NCBI GenBank assembly: GCA_963674745.2
Contig: CAXXDV010000001.1
Span: 1,280,001 to 1,344,000, forward strand
From: Desulfosudaceae bacterium
GTDB taxonomy: Bacteria > Desulfobacterota > Desulfobacteria > Desulfobacterales > Desulfosudaceae
Direction of reading: 5' to 3'
Length of the DNA stretch: 64,000 nucleotides
Positions 50,055 to 59,578 of this stretch are shown piece by piece; the first letter of the stretch is position 1, and each line of letters starts with the position of its first letter. Made by a program: the position numbers and the translations under genes. The notes below the pieces were generated by a model, which saw nothing but the letters and a program-made list of their open reading frames with translations, made no database searches and was not told the DNA's origin.

Positions 50055-50131
50055 TTTTTTAATTAAATAACCAGGCTATGTATACACGGGCCAAGCGGAG
50101 CTTGCCCTTCATCGTTTTTAGAAGCAAATGC

Positions 50132-50527
50132 TTATTTTTTCGGGGTTTTGCGGAAAGCCACGCCCTGCATGGCGGCGATGGGTGCGCCGCTTTCGTTGTA
50201 GACCGTCATCTGGTAGGTACCCAGCTTTCGGCTGACCGAGACCTCTTTCGCTTCAGCGGTCAGGCGTTCGCCGGTTGCGGCGGCTTTCAGGTAGGAGATA
50301 CTGACCGACACCGCCACGGCGTCGATGCCGTGGGAATTGCAGGCCGCGGCAAAAGCCAGGTCGGCCACGGTGAAAATAGCACCGCCATGGGCCATTTTCA
50401 GTCCGTTTAAGTGTTTATCTTCTACGGTCATTTCCGCTTTGGCATAGCCGGCTGAGACTTCAAGCAGGCGAACGCCGACGGTTTCCGCAAATCGATCCTT
50501 ATCTACGGCTGTGCTGATGAAGGACAT
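50132..50527 (-). CDS. PaaI/hotdog-fold acyl-CoA thioesterase
   Basis: HLNGLKMAHGGAIFTVAD. Confidence 0.9.
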   Translation of the reverse strand: MSFISTAVDKDRFAETVGVRLLEVSAGYAKAEMTVEDKHLNGLKMAHGGAIFTVADLAFAAACNSHGIDAVAVSVSISYLKAAATGERLTAEAKEVSVSRKLGTYQMTVYNESGAPIAAMQGVAFRKTPKK

Positions 50528-50542
50528 GGTCGTTCCTTAATG

Positions 50543-51610
50543 TCAATTTTTGGCCACACTTTTTCCGGTATTGCTCCCGGTCTTCAGGTAGGCCTCGATC
50601 TTCTGCCGGGATGGTGTTTCCTCCGGCCCGGGACCTTGCAGGATGGTGTCGATCAGCTTGTCATCGTCAAGGGCGGTGTCCATCACTTTTTTATTACAGG
50701 TGCGTCCGGAAAGATAACTTTTCAGCAGAAAACGGATGGCTTTTTTCTTGCTTTCATCAGAACCCCAGCCATAAAGCAGGGTTTCACTGATCCGGCCGTT
50801 GCCGTCATCAAGAACGTCATCAATCGCCCGGCTTTCCCTGATCATATCAATAAAATCCGTATCCTGAATAAACTCTCTGAGCCTGGCCACCAGAACACTT
50901 TTGGTTTCTTCTCTGTTCGTCTGAAAGTTTTCGCAAATCTCCCTGTCCGGCGATGTTTTGGCCTGTTCGATATATTTTTCCTTTTTGAACATGTCTTTCA
51001 TGTTCATAAAGGTGTTGTAGATATTATATTTTGTGGCGAAATTGGTCATCCATTCCGGGATGCTGCCGCCAATGTCGGCACGGTAGGTCTGGACAATACC
51101 GGTTTTTTCCCTGGTTACATATTCAAACACATACTGGCCTTTTATGTACGGCATCCGGATGTGACTTTCTCTGGGGGGGTAGGCGACCTCTTCGAACGTG
51201 ATAAAATCGGTGACCGCCCGGGCGTGAGCCAAGTCATATTTTGTAACGGTATTGATTACAACGTCCCGGTCCTTTACCGGCCAGGGAAGGTCGATAGAGA
51301 AATAGGTGCTGAAGTGGTTACGGTCTTTTAACGTTACAACAAAAGCCTTGTCGCAGTCCGGCAGCCATTCCGTCATGGCGGGCGTGTCCCTCAGCGCTTC
51401 GGCGACAACTTCAGCCCGGGCGTCAACCACCATAACCGCCCGGAATTCAAAAATGCCGGAACCGGCCACTTTACGGGAATAGGCCTTGATGCCGTTTTTA
51501 TTCATGACCATTTCCCAGTCACTGCCGCATTCATCGGCAATGGACCGGTTGGTCGTTAAGGTCAGGCAACAGGTCATCAAAACCAAGCAGAACAACTTTT
51601 TCATTAACAT
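50543..51610 (-). CDS. Exported START/SRPBCC lipid-binding domain protein with C-terminal extension
   Basis: Signal peptide; WEMVMNKNGIKAYSR, EWLPDC, LPWPVKDRDVV, ADIGGSIPEW. Confidence 0.8.
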   Translation of the reverse strand: MLMKKLFCLVLMTCCLTLTTNRSIADECGSDWEMVMNKNGIKAYSRKVAGSGIFEFRAVMVVDARAEVVAEALRDTPAMTEWLPDCDKAFVVTLKDRNHFSTYFSIDLPWPVKDRDVVINTVTKYDLAHARAVTDFITFEEVAYPPRESHIRMPYIKGQYVFEYVTREKTGIVQTYRADIGGSIPEWMTNFATKYNIYNTFMNMKDMFKKEKYIEQAKTSPDREICENFQTNREETKSVLVARLREFIQDTDFIDMIRESRAIDDVLDDGNGRISETLLYGWGSDESKKKAIRFLLKSYLSGRTCNKKVMDTALDDDKLIDTILQGPGPEETPSRQKIEAYLKTGSNTGKSVAKN

Positions 51611-51917
51611 GGGTCCTTTGTATGCCTACAGGCTTTTAAGATTTTTTCTTTCTTTAAAACACATGATCTCAGTTGGGTATCCCATGTCCGCCAATAAGTC
51701 AAGAACATAAAACCCGCATACTTAGTAACAACCTGTTATTGCGATAATAATCAGCCATACCCCGGGGTGTTAAGCCGCGGGCGTTTAAAAGCGGTGGCGG
51801 CCCACCGCCGGTCACAGGAAAAAGAAACGATTTCCGTCTTGACATGTATGGCCGGGGGGTGAAGAATGCGGGTGTCAGCATCGTTTACGGTGCGGCCTTT
51901 TCAAAAAAGGACGGAAC

Positions 51918-52718
51918 ATGAACAAAAAGAACCTTTTAATAGAAGAAACGATCGAAAACGTCGGCCTTCTTACCTTTAATCGTCCGGAAAAGCGCAACGC
52001 TTTATCTCCGGAGCTGCTGGTCCTGCTTCATTTAACCCTTTCCCGATGGGCAAAGAGAGGGGATATCCGGGCGGTGATTATAACCGGCGGTGGCGGCCGG
52101 GCTTTTTCTTCGGGCTTTGATGTGACCGCGATTCCTACGGATGTCTCACCAGAGATGGCGGAAATTTTGAAAACCACCAATCCGCTTACGCTGGGCCTGG
52201 AAAGTATCCGTAATTATCCTTATCCGGTTATTGCCATGATGAACGGTTATGCCTTTGGCGCAGGCCTGAACCTGGCCATCTGTTGCGACATCCGCATTGC
52301 GGTGGACACCATCAAGGTCGGCATGCCGCCGGCAAAACTGGGCCTGGTTTATGCCTCCGAAGGGTTAAAGCAGTTTTGTGATGTCCTGGGATCGGCCAGA
52401 ACCCGGGAGGTGTTTTTTACCGCCCGGACCTACGAAGGAGCCGAAGTCCTTGAGGCCGGGTTTGTCAATCGCCTGGTACCGGAGGCTGAGCTCAAAACCG
52501 TCACCCTGGAGACGGCCGGAGAAATTGCCGCCAATGCGCCCCTGTCCCTTAAAGGCATGAAAGAGATTCTAAACCTGCTGGACCGCAACCCCGAACTCCC
52601 CCCGGGAGATCTTGAACGGGCTGAAACCCTTGTCAAACAGGGCTTTGCCAGTAAAGATCTGGCCGAGGGGCAGACCGCTTTTCTGGAAAAAAGGCGGCCG
52701 GTTTTCACGGGAGAATAA
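51918..52718 (+). CDS. Enoyl-CoA hydratase/isomerase family protein
   Basis: NRPEKRNAL, AFSSGFD, PVIAMMNG.AFGAG, EGQTAFLEKRRP.F. Confidence 0.92.
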   Translation: MNKKNLLIEETIENVGLLTFNRPEKRNALSPELLVLLHLTLSRWAKRGDIRAVIITGGGGRAFSSGFDVTAIPTDVSPEMAEILKTTNPLTLGLESIRNYPYPVIAMMNGYAFGAGLNLAICCDIRIAVDTIKVGMPPAKLGLVYASEGLKQFCDVLGSARTREVFFTARTYEGAEVLEAGFVNRLVPEAELKTVTLETAGEIAANAPLSLKGMKEILNLLDRNPELPPGDLERAETLVKQGFASKDLAEGQTAFLEKRRPVFTGE

Positions 52719-53057
52719 AAGCTGTTTTTAATTAACCTGTGAAAGCCAGGGGGACAGAAGAAGCCTCATTCTTTTAATGTAAAGTTAACACAAAAAGAAG
52801 ACAGGAATAACGCTAAAACAGTTGACAAAAACGTATAATTAGGATAAACAACGTATAACTTTATATATTTCTTAATATAAAAAAGGTTTTCTCACATTGT
52901 TGTCCTTAATAATACAGAAAAATGGTGGTTTCAGCCTTGCGCCACCAGGAACCAAAGTCCTGTAAAGATCTGCTTCCAACCAATTTTGGCTGACAAGCGT
53001 ATAATCAGGTAACGCGTAACGTATTTGCATTTTGTAACCTAATCAAGGGGAGGACTT

Positions 53058-54635
53058 ATGAAAAGATTATTATTGGTAACTTTGGTGGCGTCTCTGGCTC
53101 TGGCGCTGACGGTGCCCGCTCTGGCGCTGGATGTCGATTTTTCCGGAGAATACCGGATCCGGGGGTTTTATAACGATAACCCCACCATGCAGGATGACGG
53201 TGATAAAGACTCCGCCTCCTGGCTGGATCATCGTTTCCGTTTAAAAACAAAATTCTCACTTAACGACAACCTTTCGTTGACGACCCGTCTGGACGCATTT
53301 GACGATCAGCCGTTTGGTAATGAACAGAATCTGTTTGACGGCTACAACCAGGATGACAACAACGACATTGACGTGGATGAGATCTATCTGGAGGTTTTGA
53401 CGCCTGTGGGGCTGTTCAAGGGCGGTCGCATTGCCGGCGGCAGCGCCTGGGGTACAGATCTGGGCAATACCGGTGTTGACTACAGCTTTGACCGACTCGA
53501 ATATTTCGCCAAGTCCGGGGACCTGATTTTCGGCGCGATTTATGAAAAACTGACCGAAGACAACACCCTTGGCGAAGTCGACAATGAAGGCGATGGTGAT
53601 ACCTACTACCTGCTGGGTGTTTACAAGGAAGAGAACCTGGAAGCCGGTGTCGGTCTCCGTTTTCAGGACATTGATGAAGTTGCGGACCTGGTGGACAGCC
53701 TGCCTTTAAAGGAAGTGGTTGATATTTTCTCGGCCGCCGGTACGGATATCACGGCCCTTGCCACTTCTCCTCTGGTGGGTTATGCCCCCGGTACCTATTA
53801 CTTGGATCTTCGGCAAAGTGTTCCCGCCGCATCACCCCTGGGCGCCACCCTGGCCGCGGCCGGTGCCGTGCCGCCGGGCACGACCATTCCGGCCAACCCG
53901 TTTCCTGCCGCCATCGCTAGTATTTATTACGGCTACGCAGGCGTCACGAACTATGCTTTTGCGCCCTACGTAAAAGCCTCTTTCGGTGATGTCCGCTTCG
54001 AAGCGGAGGTGATTTATGAAATGGGTGAATACCGGGCCCAAAACAGAGGCATTACGTTTATTGATGCCAACATGCAGCCGGTGAATGCCGGTGATCGCGA
54101 TATCGACTCCCTGACCTACAAGCTGGAAGTGGCCTTTGATATGGATGATTCCTGCTTTAAACTGGGCTGGGCCTCGGCTTCCGGTCAGGATTACGGCGAA
54201 CTCCTGAAACCGGATGGAGACCTGACCATCGGTAACTTGCTGTATCATGGATTGGGTGACGATTTCAGGCCGCTGCTGATCCTGACCGGCGATGTGGCCG
54301 GGCAACCGCTTACCAACGGCTACACCACCCTGCTTTCGGGTGTTGACCTGCTGTATGCCGGCGCTTCTTTTCCGCTGAACGACACCCTGACCCTCAGGGG
54401 TGCCATCGGTCAGGCCTGGGCAAATGAAGACGATTACTCCGGTGGCGAGGATGATTTTGGTTTTGAAATCGATCTGGGCCTTACCTGGGAGATCATGGAC
54501 AACCTGACCTATAAGGCGGATATCGGCTACCTGGACGAGGGGGATGAAGTCCTGTCCGGCACCACCCTGCTTTCACAAGCGGGTGACGGTGATGCCACTT
54601 ACGCCCTATACAATGAAGTCTGCCTGAATTTCTAA
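53058..54635 (+). CDS. Acidic outer-membrane beta-barrel (porin-like) protein
   Basis: GGAGG RBS; signal peptide ending ALA; DVDFSGEYRIRG, DHRFRL, GFEIDLGLTWEIMDNL; C-terminal Phe. Confidence 0.78.
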   Translation: MKRLLLVTLVASLALALTVPALALDVDFSGEYRIRGFYNDNPTMQDDGDKDSASWLDHRFRLKTKFSLNDNLSLTTRLDAFDDQPFGNEQNLFDGYNQDDNNDIDVDEIYLEVLTPVGLFKGGRIAGGSAWGTDLGNTGVDYSFDRLEYFAKSGDLIFGAIYEKLTEDNTLGEVDNEGDGDTYYLLGVYKEENLEAGVGLRFQDIDEVADLVDSLPLKEVVDIFSAAGTDITALATSPLVGYAPGTYYLDLRQSVPAASPLGATLAAAGAVPPGTTIPANPFPAAIASIYYGYAGVTNYAFAPYVKASFGDVRFEAEVIYEMGEYRAQNRGITFIDANMQPVNAGDRDIDSLTYKLEVAFDMDDSCFKLGWASASGQDYGELLKPDGDLTIGNLLYHGLGDDFRPLLILTGDVAGQPLTNGYTTLLSGVDLLYAGASFPLNDTLTLRGAIGQAWANEDDYSGGEDDFGFEIDLGLTWEIMDNLTYKADIGYLDEGDEVLSGTTLLSQAGDGDATYALYNEVCLNF

Positions 54636-54675
54636 AACAGGTATCGGCCGTTTTTTAATGGCGCTTATTTTTATC

Positions 54676-54710
54676 AAAAGCCCCCGGTGTTAACCGGGGG
54701 CTTTTTTTCT
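54676..54710 (+). terminator. Rho-independent terminator after the porin
   Basis: AAAAGCCCCCGGT-gtta-ACCGGGGGCTTTT-TTT. Confidence 0.88.
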
Positions 54711-54805
54711 GGATGATGGGTTCAATGATTCATGTTGACAGCGAAAAGCCGCCTGCTGTATATTGCCAAAAACCATTAAATACCAGCATAGAAAAAGAGG
54801 GTGTA

Positions 54806-55315
54806 ATGATAAGATTAAGTACCAGGATGACCGTAAAGGTCGGTTTCTGCTGCCTGTTGATGAGCTGCCTGTTGATGCCACGGTATGGGTTCAGTCAAGA
54901 GAAAAAAGCTTCTGTGAGCCGGGAAGAGAGAGCCCATATTAATTATGTATTAACGCTTGAGACGGAAAAAGAAATCAGGACTTTTTTATCACAGCCGGTG
55001 GCGTTGCTTACCGAGAAAATTCTGAAGGACATAGAAAAGGAAAAAGAAATCCAGCTGGTACGCTCATCTATGGTCAAAACAGACGCCTGTCTTCATGAGC
55101 TGTTGACCGGGATCGCCAACCTGACAAAAATGTCATGCGGCCACAAAATCAGTCAGGTTAATATAAAACTGACCGCCTCAACCAGCCGCGCTACCATTTG
55201 GACTTCATGGGAGGTTCGCAAGCTGGAAACCCCGGCACTTACCCTGACCCTGTATTATGATGACCCTGATGTTGCGCCGTCTGAGATTACTTGTATGGGC
55301 CATAAATATCACTGA
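54806..55315 (+). CDS. Hypothetical exported protein
   Basis: GAGGG RBS before ATG 54806; hydrophobic N-terminus; no recognised family. Confidence 0.55.
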   Translation: MIRLSTRMTVKVGFCCLLMSCLLMPRYGFSQEKKASVSREERAHINYVLTLETEKEIRTFLSQPVALLTEKILKDIEKEKEIQLVRSSMVKTDACLHELLTGIANLTKMSCGHKISQVNIKLTASTSRATIWTSWEVRKLETPALTLTLYYDDPDVAPSEITCMGHKYH

Positions 55316-56094
55316 TGGGCACCCCGACGTCTTCCCGCCAGTAACGCTGCGCCAAAGGCGCTGACGATCTGGGCGTCAAGCGGCAGCGGCCTTATTTCTG
55401 AACCCAGGTTTTGTTTGATAAAATGTATCACGCCCGGGTTTTTCGCCACCCCACCGACGACGGTCGCAGGGGGCTCAAAGCCTGTCTTGCCGGCCAGAGA
55501 GAGTACCCGCTCGGCAATGGCGCGATGAAGACCGGCCAGAATATCCGCGGCCGGTTCATCGGCATTCACGTGAGAAATGACTTCACTTTCAGCAAATACC
55601 ACGCATTGGCCGGAAAGCTTCAGCGGTCGTGTGGAGGTCATGGAAACAGGGCCGATCTCTTCAACCGGAAGTTCCAGCGCGTCGGCAATCATTTCAAGGA
55701 ACCGGCCGCTGCCGGAAGCACATTTTTCATTTTCAACGTAATCGGCCACCCCGCCGTTTTCATCGATCAGCACCACCCGTGTAATCAGCCCGCCGACGTC
55801 CATCACCGTCCGCATGTCCGTGTCCAGAAAAAAGGCGGCTGAAGCGAGGCATTGCGGAGCGGTAAAACGGCAGTCGGCGAACTTGACCTGCCGCTGGCCG
55901 TAACCGGTCGCCCCGACACGGCTGACCTGTCGTTGTCGTATACCGGCCTGTTTCAAGGTGGATTTGAAGCGTTTTTTGCTTAATCGGGAAAGCACGTCAT
56001 CAACAGGGTGGGTGGAAAACGCCACCAGGCGGTCATCGTCAAGGATAACCACCTTGGCCGTTCTCGTACCGATATCGATTCCTGCTGTAATCAT
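55309..56094 (-). CDS. Activase, divergent BcrD/BadG-like subunit
   Basis: MITAGIDIGT; DVGGLITR instead of DIGGQD; NEKCASGSGRFLE; LSGQCVVFAESEV. Confidence 0.88.
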   Translation of the reverse strand: MITAGIDIGTRTAKVVILDDDRLVAFSTHPVDDVLSRLSKKRFKSTLKQAGIRQRQVSRVGATGYGQRQVKFADCRFTAPQCLASAAFFLDTDMRTVMDVGGLITRVVLIDENGGVADYVENEKCASGSGRFLEMIADALELPVEEIGPVSMTSTRPLKLSGQCVVFAESEVISHVNADEPAADILAGLHRAIAERVLSLAGKTGFEPPATVVGGVAKNPGVIHFIKQNLGSEIRPLPLDAQIVSAFGAALLAGRRRGAHQ

Positions 56095-56906
56095 AGGTCA
56101 CGGGCCTTTTTCGCCCACCAGGCGTCTTTCGCGAACAGGGCTGCGCCCAGCGCACCGATTAATTGGGGATCCAGCGAAAAGGCGGAAAAACAAACACCCA
56201 GTTCCTGTTCCAGCAGCCTGACCATGCCCGTGTTTTTGGATACACCGCCGGTCATGCAGATGTCACCGTTAAGCCCCACGCGACCGACCAGCGCCTTGAT
56301 CCGCCTGGCCAGGGCGGCGTGGATGCCGGCCGCGATATCTTTTTTTTTCTTTCCGGCATAAATTAATTGCAGAACTTCCATTTCAGCAAAGATGGTGCAG
56401 ATGGAACTCAGCGCCAGGGGCTTTTTTGACTTTAAGGCCAGGGCACCCAGTTCCGTCAATTCCACGCCCAGGGTGCGGGCCATCATTTCCAGAAACCGGC
56501 CGGTGCCGGCGGCGCATTTGTCGTTCATGATAAAATCATGCAAATGGCCGTCGATATCCACCCGAATCACCTTGCAGTCCTGACCGCCGATATCAATAAT
56601 CGTCCTGACCGCCGGCAGCAGGTGATGCGCACCGCGACCATGGCAGGAGATTTCGCTGATGTTTTTAGCGGAAAAAGAAATCGCGTCCCGCCCGTAACCG
56701 GTGGAAAAGCAAAGATCGATCTGGTCACGACCCAGACCGGATTCGGCCAGAACCCGGTCAAACGCCTCTGCGGCCGACTGTTCCGGCCGCGGCCGGACGC
56801 GGATGATGGTGGCCGCCAGGGTGTTGCCCGAATCGTCGATTATCAGCGCTTCGGCCGTCAGTGAACCCACATCCACCCCGGCGAAACGCGGCTGGTCCTT
56901 GATCAT
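56091..56906 (-). CDS. Activase, BcrA/HgdC-like subunit
   Basis: GVDVGSLT, SEISCH, DIGGQDCK, MNDKCAAGTGRFLE, SSICTIFAE. Confidence 0.92.
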   Translation of the reverse strand: MIKDQPRFAGVDVGSLTAEALIIDDSGNTLAATIIRVRPRPEQSAAEAFDRVLAESGLGRDQIDLCFSTGYGRDAISFSAKNISEISCHGRGAHHLLPAVRTIIDIGGQDCKVIRVDIDGHLHDFIMNDKCAAGTGRFLEMMARTLGVELTELGALALKSKKPLALSSICTIFAEMEVLQLIYAGKKKKDIAAGIHAALARRIKALVGRVGLNGDICMTGGVSKNTGMVRLLEQELGVCFSAFSLDPQLIGALGAALFAKDAWWAKKARDL

Positions 56907-56921
56907 AACTAAAAAACCGCT

Positions 56922-58080
56922 TCAAAAAGGCTGCAGGCGTTCGAGAAAAGCCTGCACCCTGGTCTTCAACTGTCCCTCACTGCCGGCATAGAGCTCCCTT
57001 TCCAGGTACAGGGTTGGCAGGTTGATTTTTTTGGCTTCATTACGCAGAATAAACGCCTCACCACCCCACAGGTCACAGAATTTGAGCCGTTCGCAGATCA
57101 GACCGTCCAGCCGATAGTCGGTCGCTGCCTGCCGGGTATGGGCGAGTCGCTGCCTGCCGGGTATGGGCGAGTCGGCGCAAAAAATCATCCCCCATCCGGG
57201 GGCAGGAAAGATGGTTCAGGTAGCGATCGGTCAGGGCGTCGATGGGGTCGTCCGCTGTTTCGTCAACCAGGGCGTCAAAGTATCTTCGTCCGAAACACAG
57301 GGAGTCATCAACAATGGCCCCGCCCATACTTTCGATCAGTTCCAGGTGAGCCACCTCTTCTAAGCATCCGGACTGAATCATCAGACGCGGTTGTTTGTCC
57401 GGGTAGGCTTTTCGCCCGTCCAGCTCGACAACCACCTCCTCGAGCATGTCTGCGAACGTCTCCCGCGGCAGGGCCGTTCCCGCCATAATGATGGCCAGGG
57501 CCTCGGCCCCGGTCAATGGCGGATTTTCGGATTTTCGGGTGTCGTAAATTTCGGCCAGCAGCCGTCGAATGCGGTTGGTCAGGCGGATCGCCTCACGAAG
57601 GTCGTCATTGGTGATGGTAATGTCAAAATGGTTTTCCAGAGTCGTTTTTAAAAGCGAATTTTCTTCCCGGTACCATTCGATTGCGTTCTGGGCTTTTTTA
57701 CGCGGGACGGCCAGCAGATGGATCAAGGACGGTCGGTCCTCCAGGGCCGCCCGCCAGTTGTCATACATGCGCCGGATATGATCGCAGGCGTTTATCAGAA
57801 TAACACCGTCGAGAAAATCAAACGAGCCTTCCAGGGCCAGATCGAAAACATGCCGGGTATAGGAACAATTGAAGCTGGAAAACCAGGTGTCTCCCAGGGT
57901 GGTCTTGGTGGAACCCACCGCCCGCATGCGAAACGGCACCATGCCGGCGGCGATAATGATTTCCTCGGGAACGTAGGAACAGAAGATGCCGATAACGTTT
58001 CCGCCGGAAGCCTTAAAAGATTTGAGATGGTCATTGTAAGGCGTGGCGGCTATTTTTTTCAGTTCGTCCAAAACAGGCAT
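56922..58080 (-). pseudogene. Dehydratase/reductase beta subunit (BcrC-like), frameshifted by a 25-bp tandem duplication
   Basis: N-part 57073-58080 (CSYVP, ACDHIRR, SCPRM) and C-part 56922-57188 (KFCDLWG..GQLKTRVQAFLE) are in different frames; removing one repeat unit gives a 377-aa ORF. Confidence 0.88.
57121..57174. repeat. Perfect 25-bp tandem duplication
   Basis: gtcgctgcctgccgggtatgggcga x2, then gtcg. Confidence 0.95.
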
Positions 58081-58081
58081 G

Positions 58082-59563
58082 TCAGGCCAGTCCGTTGGTT
58101 AAGAAAAATTCTTCAATCTGCGCTTTTAACTGGTTTTCGTTGGTCAGGCGCATGTCAAAAATGTCCGATGTCAGCACCAGCAGAGGCATGTTGATCTGTT
58201 TCATTTCTTCTTTGAGCAGCCGGACGCTGGCCCAGCCGTGTTTGCAGCCGGCATGTCCGGCATAAATAAAGCAGTCACCGTTATATTCCCGGCAGACGCG
58301 TTTAAGATCTCGATGGAACAACTCAAGCGGCCCGTGAAACTGCCGGGCCATGGTCAGGTTCATATAAGATGCCGCCAGTCCCCGCACCATGGATTCCGGC
58401 GTACGGGTATCAATGGGCGGGGTATCAACATACCCGACCAGATCGACCACCACCACCGCGCCAAAGACTTCTTCCATCCAGGCAATCAAAGGATGAAAAG
58501 CAATGGGTACGTCAAACCAGATGACCCGGATTTTTTCTTTTTTAAGAGCGCCTTTTCCCGCATCTACCCGCTTGCGGGTGGCACGGTGCAGACGTCGGGC
58601 CACTTCTGTTACTTCCGGCGTTCCCCGGCCACCTTCCCGTAACAGCCAGGTCAGCAGAAAAACAAAACCCGAACTCGGACAGGGCGTCAGGCGGTTCATT
58701 TCATTTATTTCGGTCAGCAGCTCGTTGGTTTTGTTGACCTCTTCCAGTATTTCCCGCAGGCGGTCGAAATCAAGTTTTCGGTTCAGCTGCGTCTCCAGAA
58801 AACCAATCAGTTCCCACACATCCCGGGCGTAATAATCCACGGACCGCTGGTCATCCCAGTAAGGCGTGTCCAGCCGGAAAGTGGGTACGCCGGTCAGGTA
58901 TTCCATGGTTTGATAAGATGAGATCATGCTGTCACAGGGATGGGAAACCGTAACCATGCAGTCGGGTTTGGGATATTGATCGGTCAGAACGCAGCCGACG
59001 GAACTGCGTGCCGCCGAGCAATACTCCGACGGCACACCGGCCTGCTCGGCAATGTCGATCAACCTTTCGACGGGTTCCAGCCCGATCATCATGATCGGAG
59101 CGGCCACCAGGGTTTCGGGAATAATCGGTATGGCGTCAAAAGCGAAAATAAGGTCCGAGGACAGGCACCACTCCAGCCAGACAACGGGCTTGTTTGATTG
59201 TTCGCGGTTAATCACCGACTCTTCCAGAATTTTTTTGAACACTGCCTGGCCCGGCAGCATGGCGTACCAGAATTCCGGGGTCATGGAGTAGCTGGACATG
59301 ATCATGATCTGGTTGCGTTGAAAATAAGTAAACAGCCCCTCATAACGCAGCAGGGGTTTGAGCATTTTCATAAAATTCCGGAAAAATCTTAAGCGCCGTA
59401 ATGTCCGTTGTTCGTTGCATGACCCGTCGGATTTAATACCCAGGAGCTTGTCGACGGTTACCATCCGGTCATACAGCTCTTGCATGTAATGTAACGGCGG
59501 CAGGTCAGCGGTCGACAGATTATCGTCGGCGTGAATTTTCTGCGCGGTAGAGGGCGTTGCCAT
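58082..59563 (-). CDS. Dehydratase/reductase alpha subunit (BcrB/HgdA-like)
   Basis: EYCSAARS, HPCDS, HAGCKHGW; FLETQLNRKLDFDRL. Confidence 0.88.
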   Translation of the reverse strand: MATPSTAQKIHADDNLSTADLPPLHYMQELYDRMVTVDKLLGIKSDGSCNEQRTLRRLRFFRNFMKMLKPLLRYEGLFTYFQRNQIMIMSSYSMTPEFWYAMLPGQAVFKKILEESVINREQSNKPVVWLEWCLSSDLIFAFDAIPIIPETLVAAPIMMIGLEPVERLIDIAEQAGVPSEYCSAARSSVGCVLTDQYPKPDCMVTVSHPCDSMISSYQTMEYLTGVPTFRLDTPYWDDQRSVDYYARDVWELIGFLETQLNRKLDFDRLREILEEVNKTNELLTEINEMNRLTPCPSSGFVFLLTWLLREGGRGTPEVTEVARRLHRATRKRVDAGKGALKKEKIRVIWFDVPIAFHPLIAWMEEVFGAVVVVDLVGYVDTPPIDTRTPESMVRGLAASYMNLTMARQFHGPLELFHRDLKRVCREYNGDCFIYAGHAGCKHGWASVRLLKEEMKQINMPLLVLTSDIFDMRLTNENQLKAQIEEFFLTNGLA

Positions 59564-59578
59564 GATGCTTTCCGACAG

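Noticed and set aside
56922..57188. Separate 88-aa gene or programmed ribosomal frameshift
   Set aside because: It is the C-terminus of the beta subunit. The shift is fully explained by the 25-bp duplication, and no slippery site is evident.
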